DNA of 63,911 nucleotides, filler included, from Octopus bimaculoides (Eukaryota), in NCBI RefSeq assembly GCF_001194135.2. It is 9 parts of 9 records of this genome, joined end to end, with 100 filler letters (N's around TTAATTAATTAA, not from the genome) between each part and the next. Parts side by side here need not be neighbours in the genome. Positions count along the whole stretch, not along the records: positions 1 to 16,748 come from NC_068998.1; positions 16,849 to 28,491 come from NC_068981.1; 7 more parts are not named here. One strand, 5' to 3'. The position numbers were made by a program, and so were the translations under genes. Below, piece after piece: positions 13,480-25,079 of this stretch (positions within the stretch are counted from its first letter, which is position 1; each line of letters begins with the position of its first letter). The notes under the pieces were generated by a model. That model ran no database searches. It was not told where the DNA came from and saw nothing but the letters and a program-made list of their open reading frames with translations.

Positions 13480-14574
13480 CAGAATGGGAGAAACAAGAAC
13501 GCAAAACATCCAGACAGTTAAATATATATATATATAAGTTAAGGAATAAGCTGTAACTGTTTTAACGCGCATGAAGGAAACGTTTTTTTCAGTATTACTG
13601 GGAATCCGATATTGCATTGGTTGGACAGCATCATATCTGCAGCAATGTCTTGGCTACGAAACTAATGAAAACAGAAAATTCCTCAGAACCGTATTACAAA
13701 CAATTCAAACAAAACTGTCTTTGTTTTTAATAACTGAGCTTTTGAAGTTTGGATCAGATATATCTAAGTAACTCTTCCTGACAAATTTGAATATAACTTT
13801 TAGAAAAAATCGAAAGAAAATTCAAGCAGGATTGCTTGGCAGGAAAGCGTAGTTGTCGGCAATTGTTACTGATGTCGATTAAGTTGAGGTGCTAATACAA
13901 TGTTTGATATTATTTGTCCTTCTCCGCCTGTATTTTAAGCTACGTACTTCAAATATTTTATGGAATACAAGAAACGGCCGTGTAGAAAATTCAGCAATAC
14001 GTCATTATATGTTTCTCACAATCTATTTTGTTATCAACAATGATGTAGTTGCTGTTGTTATGGATGCATTTCTTGTTGTTACTGTTGACTTTTGTCCATG
14101 CTTTTTTTGGTTATCTGCTACTGACCCATTACGTCGGGGCTTATTTGTACGCGAAATACTTTTAGCACATTAAGTAAACATGCTTTGAACAGCCATCAGA
14201 GAAATGTGCTAATTTCGATATAAAATTCCATGGTTCCGTCTCCGTTCGAGCTTTTACTGAATCATGCTGGCTTTAGCAATACACTTTCCTAAAAATTGTG
14301 AATTAGTTATGTACCTCTGAGCCACTTAAAACCATTATGCATCAGATACACACATATTCTCAAGGTTATGGATATATACAATTCATACATAAAAGAAATA
14401 GGTAGATGTTTTTGAAAACCAAGTAAATAAAAAATAAAACAGGGATGAACTGATTACGACAAAACTATCGTCATAACAAGAAAGTAAATAATGAATTAAT
14501 TTACTAAAATGCAAATCAGAAGGCTGTATCAAGTGATATCCAACATGAGATTAATATTGCTTTCAAATTTTCAC

Positions 14575-14760
14575 AAAGACTAGCAATTTTGGTGATGGGC
14601 AATTTGATTAATTTGACCCCAGTACTCTACTGGTACTTATCTCCTCAACTGCAAAAGGATGAATTCTAAATCGACCACGGCAGCATTTGAATGTTGAGCG
14701 TAAAAGCGGGTGAAATGCTGGTAAGCATTTTGCCCGGCATGTTAATATTTCTGCTACCCA
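14575..14760 (-). mobile_element. SINE family B, decayed
   Basis: The reverse complement resembles 28592-28985 (GAAATGCTT, GGTCGA, TCATCCTTT, AAGTACCAG, CTGGGGTC). Confidence 0.65.
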
Positions 14761-15744
14761 GCCACATTAGAAAAAATATATATTCAAATCAATCCCAACC
14801 ACATACTTTCGGAATCAGTCCTATTGTGTGGCACATTGGGAGAGTGTTGTCTATAGATCAAGGTCACCCAAATCCCTCAAAACAGATTAGGTTGACTGAA
14901 ACTAAAAGAATCACATCCCATATACACATGCATACGCGCACACACAAACACACACGTGCACACACACAAACACACACACACACACACACACACANNNNNN
15001 NNNNNNNNNNNNNNNNNNNNNNNNNNNNNNNNNNNNNNNNNNNNNNNNNNNNNNNNNNATATATATATATATATAATGCCTGATATGTATATATATGAGT
15101 GTGTCTGCTTGCGTGTGTGTTTGAGTGAGTATGTGCATATGTATATGAAATGTGATTATTTTTGTTCACTTGTGATCTAAACGAATAGGTACCGTGGTTA
15201 AGTATTGTAGTTGGTCGACCGTCAGGTTTCCAAAATGACAGCTAAATCTGGTCACAAAACGATCATGAAATTCACTATAGTTCACTCATCTCTTCCTTAT
15301 TTTGTGGGTTAAATCGTTAAACTTGCAGTGTTTCAAGAATATAAACCTATGGAAACTGGTAAGAGCATTTCACCTCCCTAAGAAAGGTAATCAAACGCAT
15401 GTTTTCCCATGCCTTCAATCCTAATCCAAATTTATTGAACCTAACAAAACATCCGTAACAAATATTTTGTAAGACTATTCTCTAATAATATTCACGATTC
15501 ATTTGATACATCCGAGAATATAGCAGAAAACGAATCTGTTTAAGTGACTTTAATTTGAATGAGTACATCCTAAATAAATCTACCGTCAAATAAGTTTCTT
15601 TCATCGAGTAAACTCTATTCCGAACATTGCAAGATATATCTTGTAATGAACTGATGGAGTAGTCACTACAATCGTGCGATTGAAAATGATACATCACAGT
15701 TTTGTCTTAGACATACCTTCCTACCTATTATTTATATTTCAATT

Positions 15745-15945
15745 TGCTTCTGTCATTTGACTGCGGCCATGCTAGGGCACAGTATGAGAGGACGCTTTTT
15801 AGCCAAGCAAATCGGCCCTAGGACTTATATTTTTAAGTGTAGTACATATAATATCGGTCTTAATGCTGAACCGCTAGGTTGCGGGTACATAAATACACCA
15901 GTACTAGTTGTCAATCGATTGCGGGAAACAATCACAGACACAAAG

Positions 15946-15990
<45 letters not shown>

Positions 15991-16036
15991 NNNNNNNNNN
16001 NNNNNNNNNNNNNNNNNNNNNNNNNNNNNNNNNNNN

Positions 16037-16094
<58 letters not shown>

Positions 16095-16240
16095 GACGTG
16101 CTACTTTTAGTTTTCGTCTACCAAATCTACTTACAAAGGCTTGGTCGGCCCGAGGCCATATTAGAGGACATACCTGAGGTGAGACACAGTGTTACTGGAC
16201 CAGGATCCATATAATTATGAAGGAAGCTTCTTGCCTCACA
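15745..16240 (-). mobile_element. SINE family A with a gap in its internal (CA)n
   Basis: Tail TTTGACTGCGGCCATGCT, then (CA)n, then head remnant CCGTCTACCAAATC...GGTCGGCCCGAGGC. Confidence 0.85.
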
Positions 16241-16679
16241 GACATGTCTGCCCCTCATCGTTAAATATTCACGAAATATTTCTACCAATAACAATTGTTG
16301 ATTTTACTGCTATTCGTTCTTAAGAATTTTACTCATAGAAAAGCGTTAAACAAATACGGCCTAGATATTTCACGCCACACATGCACTGACATAAATAATA
16401 TATTCGTATGTATCCTTAAGTTGAATAAGATATATTTCTCCAGTAGTATATCCCTAAATTTACTAAATATATCTTGAAAACAATACAGCAATACCCAGCT
16501 GAAACCTTAATATTGCGTACGCTATCTCTAAACTTCATTCGCTCGTCATAGCCAGAAATCAATTCTAAATAAAGAACTTCTTAAAAATAAAAATGAGCAC
16601 GATATCAGAATAATAACAGAAATATGATAGTTTTAATACTAGAAATAGAACAAAAACACAGAAGCACAAACAGACCCAG

Positions 16680-16748
<69 letters not shown>

Positions 16749-16904
16749 NNNNNNNNNNNNNNNNNNNNNNNNNNNNNNNNNNNNNNNNNNNNTTAATTAA
16801 TTAANNNNNNNNNNNNNNNNNNNNNNNNNNNNNNNNNNNNNNNNNNNNATAATAATAATAATGATAATGATGATAATAATAATAATAATAATGATAATAA
16901 TAAT

Positions 16905-17000
16905 ATTAAATATACGGTACAGTACAGTACTGTTTCTACTTCACGGATTTTCACTTATCGCGGGGGCTTTGGAGCGTAACACCCGCGAAGAGTAAATAAA
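16905..17000. mobile_element. Probable pogo/Tigger-type DNA transposon terminal fragment
   Basis: GATTTTCACTTATCGCGGGGG...GGAGCGTAACACCCGCGA resembles Tigger/pogo MITE subterminal sequence. No partner end was found. Confidence 0.45.
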
Positions 17001-17086
17001 TTAATAATACACGAACCTAGAACATTTATATTTGCCTCTCCTAAAAATTCCGAAAACCTTTGGAATGCACCTCGTTATATATATAC

Positions 17087-17120
<34 letters not shown>

Positions 17121-17164
17121 ATGTGTGCGTGCGTGTGTGTGTGTGTGTGTGTGTCTGTGCGTCT

Positions 17165-17700
17165 GTGTGTGTAAGGCATTTGATGAGAGTGGTCCACAAA
17201 ATCCTGCTGAAGAAACTGTTCAACATTGGAGTCCGTGGAAAGCTGCTGCAATGGATAAAGTGTTTCCTGACGAACAGAACCCAACATGTTGTGTTCGAGG
17301 GAATACGATCCAGCTTAGCCAAAGTCAGTAGTGGTGTCCCTCAAGGTACTGTGTTGGGATCACTTCTCTTCATTATCTACGTCAATGACATAGACGTCAT
17401 TAAATATTCTACACTGAAAATCTTTGCAGATTATTCCAAACTCCAGAAAGCCATAAACGGTATGGGAGACCGAACGTGCCTTCAGTCAGATCTGTTTGCT
17501 ATTGTCCAATGGGCGGGAAAAAACAAAACACAAAAAAACAATATGCTTCTAAATGAAGATAAGTTTGATTTGATCCACTTTGGAAAAGAGGAAACTTTGA
17601 AATTACCATATGCCCTTCCCTCGGGCGACTCCCTTACTGTCATTCAACAACACTAGAGACCTTGGAGTAATTGTTGATAACAATCTTAAGCTGGGGTTCC
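17165..17700 (+). mobile_element. CR1/L2-group LINE reverse transcriptase fragment
   Basis: VHKILLKKL...GKLLQWIKCFLTNRTQHV...SGVPQGTVLGSLLFIIYVND...IFADYSK...LQSDL..IVQWA. Confidence 0.9.
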
Positions 17701-17929
17701 CACGTAAACAGCAAGGTTGACTTGCAAATAAAATTTAGAAAAATCTAAGGCCGAGAAGGGACAGAATATGACCATCAATACATTGAGAGTGGTGAAAGAG
17801 GATTTGTTAGAACTAGGATTCAGTCGATGCTCAGGAGTCATGAAGTAGCTACAAAATCTTCCGTGGGCGCCATGTGAACCCCATGAGCCAAATGGACCTC
17901 GGTTGAGAACCATTTGTCGAGAGGATTAT

Positions 17930-18115
17930 CCAGGGTGTGATAGCTGTAAGGAGTGAGGATTGTACTAGTATACTGGCTGGTACGCATTCTAGCAGAGCAG
18001 ACCGAAATAACATGAAATGAAGTGCCTCACTCAGAAACACAGCGTTTCGACTAGCCGAGAATTGAACCCACGACCTTATGGTTGTCAGCGGAACACCCCC
18101 AACCGGAAGCCTCGA
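17930..18115 (-). mobile_element. Decayed tRNA-derived CORE-like SINE
   Basis: The minus strand has GGTCGTGGGTTCAATTCTC (B box) followed by TGTGTTTCTGAGTGAGGCACTTCATTTCA (CORE-like). Confidence 0.55.
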
Positions 18116-18395
18116 CTAAAGTGTTCAATGAAGCAGAAATTAAAACAATATCGAGTAAGTTTTGATATGGTACTTCATGTGTACAAATATAAATATAAAC
18201 AGAATAAGATTCGCTCAGAAATGCAATTGACCTTTTTGGTCAAGCTCTATCAAAGTTTACTTTTCTTATCATCTGTATGGGGCACCGGACAGATACTGGG
18301 TGTATTTAATAAACTATACTCTCCCCAACAATCTAGGGACTTGTGTTATATTATTATAATTATGTTAGGGAATAGAATGGTCTATAATCTCTTTA

Positions 18396-18414
18396 TGACA
18401 TCACACTGACGTCA
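18396..18414 (+). promoter_or_regulatory. Tandem CRE-like sites (TGACATCA at 18396-18403, perfect TGACGTCA at 18407-18414)
   Basis: Motifs read directly ~110 bp upstream of the ATG at 18525, with a further ACGTCA half-site at ~18431. Function is inferred only. Confidence 0.4.
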
Positions 18415-18524
18415 CAAACGTAGAAATTGAACGTCATTCTTTCAAGCTCTTTCTTTCACCGTGTTTCAGATTTAACTTCGTGACCAATTTTTCTATACAG
18501 TAGATTAAAACCTCAGATAGAAAG

Positions 18525-19058
18525 ATGGTTACTTTAAGCAGCAGTTCTCGCAGATATCCATACAGAGTATACAAAGGACACAGAAAAGTAACGAGATGTT
18601 CGAAACACTCAAAACCGAGTTCTTCCAAATATTTGAACGATAACCGAAGATCGCAGAGCAAAAGTAACCGGTATCGCAAGAGTTTGAGCAGAAGTAATTC
18701 GAAAAATTCTTATAGGCCTCTTCACGGGATGAAGAAAACTAAAAGAGATTCCAGGAGACATAGATTTCGGGGTAAAGGAACTTCAAATCGAAGAACGAGG
18801 CTGAGAGTCAAGAGGCGTAGGCGAACTCGCAATCATACAGGCGCTTTGACGAAACAAGCTGCGATGCCTCAAGATTGTTCAGAACAGGAGAATGCTGATA
18901 CCATGGAATCACAATCGAATACCCCAGTAAATGATTCTACAAACGAAGTGGAAATGGTTCGTAGTGTCCAGACCGATGAAAATATGCCAAATGCGTTGGC
19001 AATGGACAGTAAAGACCAAGGGGTAAAAACACAAAATGCGTCTGTCGGTACGGCTTAA
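18525..19058 (+). CDS. Orphan 177-aa protein: Arg/Lys/Ser-rich basic N-half and acidic C-half; candidate nucleic-acid-binding or sperm nuclear basic protein
   Basis: Uninterrupted, non-repetitive 534-nt ORF in AT-rich DNA. The start context is AAGATGG, AATAAA lies 20 nt after the stop, and no TE motif was recognised. Confidence 0.55.
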   Translation: MVTLSSSSRRYPYRVYKGHRKVTRCSKHSKPSSSKYLNDNRRSQSKSNRYRKSLSRSNSKNSYRPLHGMKKTKRDSRRHRFRGKGTSNRRTRLRVKRRRRTRNHTGALTKQAAMPQDCSEQENADTMESQSNTPVNDSTNEVEMVRSVQTDENMPNALAMDSKDQGVKTQNASVGTA

Positions 19059-19078
19059 TATTGATTTGAATTTAAAAA

Positions 19079-19084
19079 AATAAA
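19079..19084 (+). terminator. Candidate polyadenylation signal for the 18525 ORF
   Basis: AATAAA followed by T-rich and GT-rich sequence (~19130-19160). The motif is common in AT-rich DNA. Confidence 0.35.
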
Positions 19085-19259
19085 GAAATGAAAATATTAA
19101 TTTTAGTCATATTCTCAAACATAAACCTTTTTTAAGTCGTATTTCAATTTTTTCTTGTATAAAAAGAATAATTGATGTTAACTTGAATACTTCAAAGAGA
19201 TGGCAGATATGGCAAGACATAAATAATTTCTGGTGTAACGCCCGTAATTACATGTGTAA

Positions 19260-22200
19260 TACCTTAATTACATGAAGGTTACATTGTCGTTTGGGAATCT
19301 GAAGATAACTCACCGTAGATGTAAGTTGAAATGAACGGTGAAACCGGAAGAACACTCAATGTGAGCTACATGTCCTGGATCGACGTTATCCTGGATACTA
19401 TGTATGTATGTATGTATGTATGTATGTATGTATGTATGTATGTATGTATGTATGTATCTATCTATCTTGAAAACATCCCCTAATCTATGACGATCCCTCA
19501 GATATTTTGGCAAAGCATTAAATAGCTGTGGGCTCTTGAATCCCAAGCTACTACAGTACATGGTCCTCACTCTAGACGGAACAGTTGGGATATTTGTAAC
19601 AGTTCGGAGGTCTTTATAGTTCTTGATGTCAAAGTTTGATACCAACCCCTCCAAGATCATCCAAACGTATATCACTGCATCTCTCTCCCATCTTCGCTCC
19701 AGGGAGTAGATTCGTAGCTCTTTCAATATCTCCTAACTGCTCATCTGTTCAATTGATGCAACCTTCCTGATGTAGTACCGTTGAACAGCCTGAAGCTCCG
19801 CTATTATTTTGACACTGTGATATGACCACAGTTGAAAACGGTAGACCAGATGATTATATAGAAATGTACTCCATAGAATCAGCGTAGTTTCCTGGTCCCT
19901 TGTTCTGAAGGTTCTCAATCCATTCGGCCATTCGCTTTCACATTGTCACCATATTGGTGAAACGAGGCGTCATCGCCTATTCCCAGATCACGTACTGTAT
20001 TTGACTCAAGGATCGCTGTTCCATTTGGTCCAAAGTATCTTTGGACCAAATCTTTGGTCCAAGTATCTTTGGATCAAATGTTGCAAGATGTGAGTACTAG
20101 CTACCTCATAACAGAGGCCTTGGAATTTACTTGCATTAAATTGCATGTTGTTTTCTTTAGTCCATTTATATATATAACATCTAGGTCTTTTTGTAGAAGA
20201 TTAGTAAAAGTTCCTCGACTGTTTATACTATTTTGTGTCGTCAACAAAGCTTGTAAATGTGGCTGTCTGCGTAACTGATGGCATGTCCAAGAGAGCCACT
20301 ATAAATTGCAGCGTCCTCAATACAGTTCCCTGAGGCACCCACTTGTTATTACTGTTTCCTTGAAGAGGGACCCATTGACTGTCATAGACAGGCTTTTGTC
20401 TGTTAAAAAGTTATGTAACTATTCTTTCAGTTTTCCTGCTATACCGGGTCTCCGTGGCTTGTGACATATCATCCCATGATTAACCTTATGAAAGTCCTTT
20501 GCAAAATCGAGATATATCACATCCATGTTTGAGCGATTCATTAGTTGTTTCAAGACCCAGTCATTATGCTGCAAAAGCTGTGTAAGGCATCTTTTTCTTG
20601 AACGGAAGTCATGCTGGATGTCAAGGACAAGTCGTTATCTTCGAGGAACGCGATCTGTTTCCTCCTGACAATACGTTCTATAACTTTACTGATATGGGAG
20701 ATGAGGAAGACAGGTCTGTAATTTTTAGCATCTGTACTGTACCTCTCCTATGGATGGGGGCATATTACGCTTTCCCTTAACTCTCTGAGAAATCTTCTAG
20801 TTGCGAGGGAGCTGTGAAAGAGGATCGGTAGTGGTCATGCTAGAGCGCCTTTGCATTTCTTTTGGGGGATTGCTGGGAATCCATCGGTGCCTGTGGCTGA
20901 GTTTAACCTAATTTTCATCAATGGCTGATATTACATCCGTTTCCTCTTATTTCGATGTTTTCAATAATTGCCATTTCTTTGTGTAGAGCTATGGTACCGA
21001 AGAATTCATCAGGTATAGCTATTTGCATGTGCCTCAATGGAGTTGTGAAAACATTCTTGTATTGGACATTCAGCATTTCACTGATCCTCCGCGGGTCAGC
21101 AGTCGCCGAGCCATTTCCTTCGAGCAGTAGCCCTATCTTGTTCCGTACTGAAGCAGACTCTTTTGCAAATCTATCGAAGGCTTTAGGGTTTTTCTTTATA
21201 TGTTGTCTCATAAATGCAATTAGTGTGTCACGCCCTGAGTTCCACAAAGGGATCTGGGATGTGCAATTCTGAAAAAGGATTTGGGGCGTGTAACTCTGCA
21301 AAAGGAGCTGGGGGTGTGTGCAATTCTGCAAAAAGATTTGGGGCGTGCAACTCCACAAAGGGATCTGGGGCGTGCAATTCCACAAAGGGATCTTTTCTGT
21401 TGCTTTGCAATGCAACATACTTTTGCAATGTCAGATTTTAGGTGCGTTTCGGTGAGTGTTATGCAAAGGGCCTGATTGCATGCCACAAGGTCGCTCAGGA
21501 AGGTAATTTTTGTTCTGTCGTCACAGAGTTGTAACAGTCCTCTAATGTTTATAAAGTATATTGGTGAGACATCTATGTTGATAGCAGTAAATGAATGCCT
21601 GTGGATGTTGATGTACTTTGTATATATAGACCGAGGCTTGTTCTTGTGTGAGCGTTAACGCGATAGGGCAAAACTACAATCCAGGAGTCCTTATGGAAGT
21701 GGAGGAAGGAACTCAGTTAAACATGGTTGCAGCCACGTTTATATAAGTGACAATCGGACGTAGTAGAGAGAGCCTGATCGGATGTAGTAGAAGGAGCCTG
21801 TCTATTCGGCCAGTCACAGACCGAATACAACTGTAAACTTACAGTGCCGTCTGAGCCTTCTTGAGATTAAAAATGTATGTGTTAACTAATGCTAGTACAG
21901 GCATGCTACAGATCCATTGGATGTGGCGGTCTTGTGTGTTGGTGGGGATGGCTCCAACTCTGGAATTGATGTAGCTAGGTCAGTTGTCGCACAATCTTTT
22001 GTGCCATGCAGCCCTTATAATGGTTTCTGGAAAAGACTGACTTTTAGAGGCAGTATGCACTACATCAAACATATTTCAGTTATGATGCAGGTGATTTGCG
22101 ACTTCTCTCTTTGTTGATTGGTCCTTTTGGAGGGAAGCTTTTGTTTTGCATTTGATCCACTTGTGGCATGGTTTTGAGTGTAGGAAGCGGCAGTTTACAC

Positions 22201-22985
22201 TGTCATCTCTATATCAGCAGTTAGTGTGCTTGTAGACTTTACACACGTGTGTACGCTTTCTATATGCGTCTTTGAGTATTGACTGTCTGACTTGTTTCGT
22301 TTATTCGCTCTCGTTTGTTTTTTCTTCATTTTTTACCTCTGTCCTCATCCGTTTTTCCATTTTTAGCCCATTTTTTTTTAGCACTTTTGTCTTTTTGGCT
22401 GCACATTGGTGATGGTAGGGCCATCAGTGCTGGTATCTCCTTCCTTGACAGGTCTTTGACCTTGTGGAACAATAGAGACAGTGGGTATCGAACCACAAGG
22501 CTGGTCTTATTTTAGATTTAAGGGTGGGTGTTATCCTATCTATAATTTTCTTGCTAATTTTACCTATCTTGGATTTAAACGAACAAATTAGTCTGAGGGG
22601 TCACTTCCGAAATTGGGTTTGTGATATTTTAGGATTTCCTAGGGCCTAAGGTTCATCGTATCATCTATATCAAGCTTCCTAGCAATTTCTAAGTCTCTGC
22701 TGTTTATGTCAGTCAATATAGCCATACTTGCATGGCCAACTATCAAAGGATTCATTACCACCAGTTAGTCTACAGAAGAGCTGGACAGATATTGAAACAC
22801 TTTAAAGTGGGTTTTATTTTAATTAGTTGCATGCTTTATCTTTCCTTATTCTTTGTATTGTATTTTTTCTGAATTACTTTCTGCTTGTATTCCCAGCTCA
22901 GCAACTTGATCTACTCTTTGTCATTTCTCATTCCTCCTCAATGAATTTTAGACACAATTACTATCAGAAGCGCACGTTGATAAGC
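19260..22985 (-). mobile_element. Long decayed CR1-like LINE (ORF1 with Cys/His finger, APE N-terminus, RT, C-terminus)
   Basis: Minus-strand motifs in order: NCRFLHSKPC (~22190), YFINIRGL...CITLTETHL (~21560-21440), IKKNPKAF (~21190), IYLDFAK..KVNHG (~20520), GVPQGTVL...FVDDTK (~20340-20230), VRDLGI (~19990), LQAVQR and YSLERR (~19790-19700), and FNALPKYLR. Confidence 0.85.
21240..21393. repeat. 27-bp minisatellite, ~5.6 copies (consensus TTCCACAAAGGGATCTGGGGCGTGCAA)
   Basis: Units of 27, 27, 30, 27 and 27 bp plus a partial unit were delimited by eye. Confidence 0.9.
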
Positions 22986-23301
22986 GCACATCCAATGGAC
23001 CTGTAGCATGCCTGTACTAGCATTAGTTAACACATACATTTTTAATCTCAAGAAGGCTCAGATGGCACTGTAAGTTTACAGTTGTATTCGGTCTGTGACT
23101 GGCCGAGTAGACAGGCTCCTTCTACTACATCCGATCAGGCTCTCTCTACTACGTCCGATTGTCACTTATATAAATGTGGCTGCGACCATGTTTAACTGAG
23201 TTCCTTCCTCCACTTCCATAAGGACTCCTGGATTGTAGTTTTGCTCTATCGCGTTAACGCTGGCTTTTCTCACACAAGAACAAGCCTCGGTCTATATATA
23301 C
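21620..23301. repeat. ~305-bp near-perfect inverted repeat (arms 21620-21925 and 22987-23301)
   Basis: The arms align end to end with a few substitutions and one ~9-nt indel (GGCTTTTCT in the right arm). Confidence 0.95.
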
Positions 23302-23914
23302 GTGCGCTTATTAAGCTTAAGAGTGAAACATTACTTATGTAACAAAAAAAACAAAACAAAAAAAAACTGAGTTGCACTGTAATTCATTGTATAGTTTCCC
23401 ATGATGTGTCGAAACGAATCATTATAATAAATAAATAAAGTGTCCAGTATACTCTGCCTTCCGTCTCCATTGTTTCTACTATACTCAACGTGGATTTAGA
23501 AATTCCTAACGTAGATCCAGCGACAATTGCGCAATTACCGTGGATGATACAAGGTAGCCATAGGTAGTGAAGTGCTGTGTCAGCATACTATTAAGGACGT
23601 ACCCAAAACGCAGTTTAAATTTCGAATTTAAATGTAAACTTTAATTTCAACTAATATATATCGATGTTTGCAGCGATGCCCTGCTGTGTTGGTGTTTGTG
23701 CTTCGGCAGGGCAGCACGCTGCTCCACCACGGGCGTCTTTTCAAGTTAAAATAAACATGAGAATGAGCGCTTAACATCGCATTGATGGACAAATATTTTG
23801 TATTTGTAAGCTAACAAGGCCAGCATTGGTTTCATGCCGAGAGAAATCTTAGCAATTATGAAACCTGTCACCGAAGATCATGTTAGTGAATACGATAACC
23901 GTCAAATATTGTAA

Positions 23915-24665
23915 GAATCCTTCAAATGTGATACAAACATTCAATTCTAATTTAAAACACGCTGTTTAAGATTGGCATCATTACCAGCATTGAAATCGAA
24001 AATGGCGGTCAAAATCCAAGATGGCGCCCAACATTAAAAAAGTAAAACTTGCGATGAACAAAAAATAAGTTTTATTATAGTAAACCTTATATTTACTTTT
24101 TGAAGGAATTTTCTGCTATCGTCTTCACTAATTCAAGTTATACATACCAGACGGGATACATATAGGGCCAAGCTCTCCAGACGAAGCCAGTACTGCCATC
24201 ACCTATCAACTGGAGGGTGAAAAAATAATGACGATGGCACATTCACTGGACTGAACTAAGTGCCATAGAAGAACAATGCCAAGCACTTAAAAAGGGCCAT
24301 TGCAAAACTGAATGTGTAGGACGTTGCACATGCAAGAAGTCAGCCCTTCCCTGTACTTCAATTTGTGCTTGTCCATGCATTTGATTAATGATGACACCTG
24401 TATAACCTGAATTAGTGAAGAAAATAGTAGAAAAATGCATCAAGAGGTAAATATAAGGCTATTTGTGTAAAATGTTGCATAATAAATAACGTTTATTATT
24501 TTATTATAATAAAACTTATTTCTTGTTCATCGCAATTATCAATGTTTAATGCTGGACGCCGCCTTGAAAATTGGCCGCCATTTTCGATTTTCACGTTGGT
24601 AATCATGCAAACTTTAGGTGTGCCAGATTGTATGTTTATTTGCATTACTTCTTGAAGGATTTTCC
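23915..24665 (+). mobile_element. Internally deleted DNA transposon with long degenerate inverted repeats and a Cys-rich transposase tail (Academ-like)
   Basis: Arms at ~23915-24080 and ~24500-24665 share GAAAATGGCGG and TTGCGATGAACAA.AAATAAGTTTTATTATA. The interior reads YQTGYI*GQAL...LPSPINW...HWTEL...CKTECVGRCTCKKSALPCTSICAC. Confidence 0.6.
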
Positions 24666-25079
24666 TAATTCATTCTTGAGATTTTGAAATAGCCAAATAA
24701 ATATACAGTTGAAGGGGAACAATTCTGAATTGTTATCTCCCTTACATCAGTTGAAATTTAGAAATATAAATATGGATACGTGGGATTTTTAGGGGGGCTG
24801 TACCTCTGAAAAACCTAAACCTTGTGTATAATACACCCCCCCCTTCTCTAACTTGAGTCAAGGATGTCGATATAACGTCCTTGGTTTGTAAACATATATA
24901 CGGTAACGTCCTTTATTATTATTGTATATATAACATAATGCAAACGTGTAGCTTTTTTTTGTGCTCTTTGTTAGCAGGAAATAAAGGAATAACAGTAATA
25001 GCGCCAGTGAAAAATAAATATCAAGTAAATTGCCTTTTACATATTTATCACTATCAGTTACAAAAGCAAAAGCAAAAAC

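Noticed and set aside
16793-16804. TTAATTAATTAA flanked by N runs, recurring at ~16793, 28536, 44053, 49128, 54561, 57300, 60699 and 62810
   Set aside because: The identical 12-mer has stops in all six frames and is always embedded in N runs of similar length. It is an artificial scaffolding spacer, not a biological motif.
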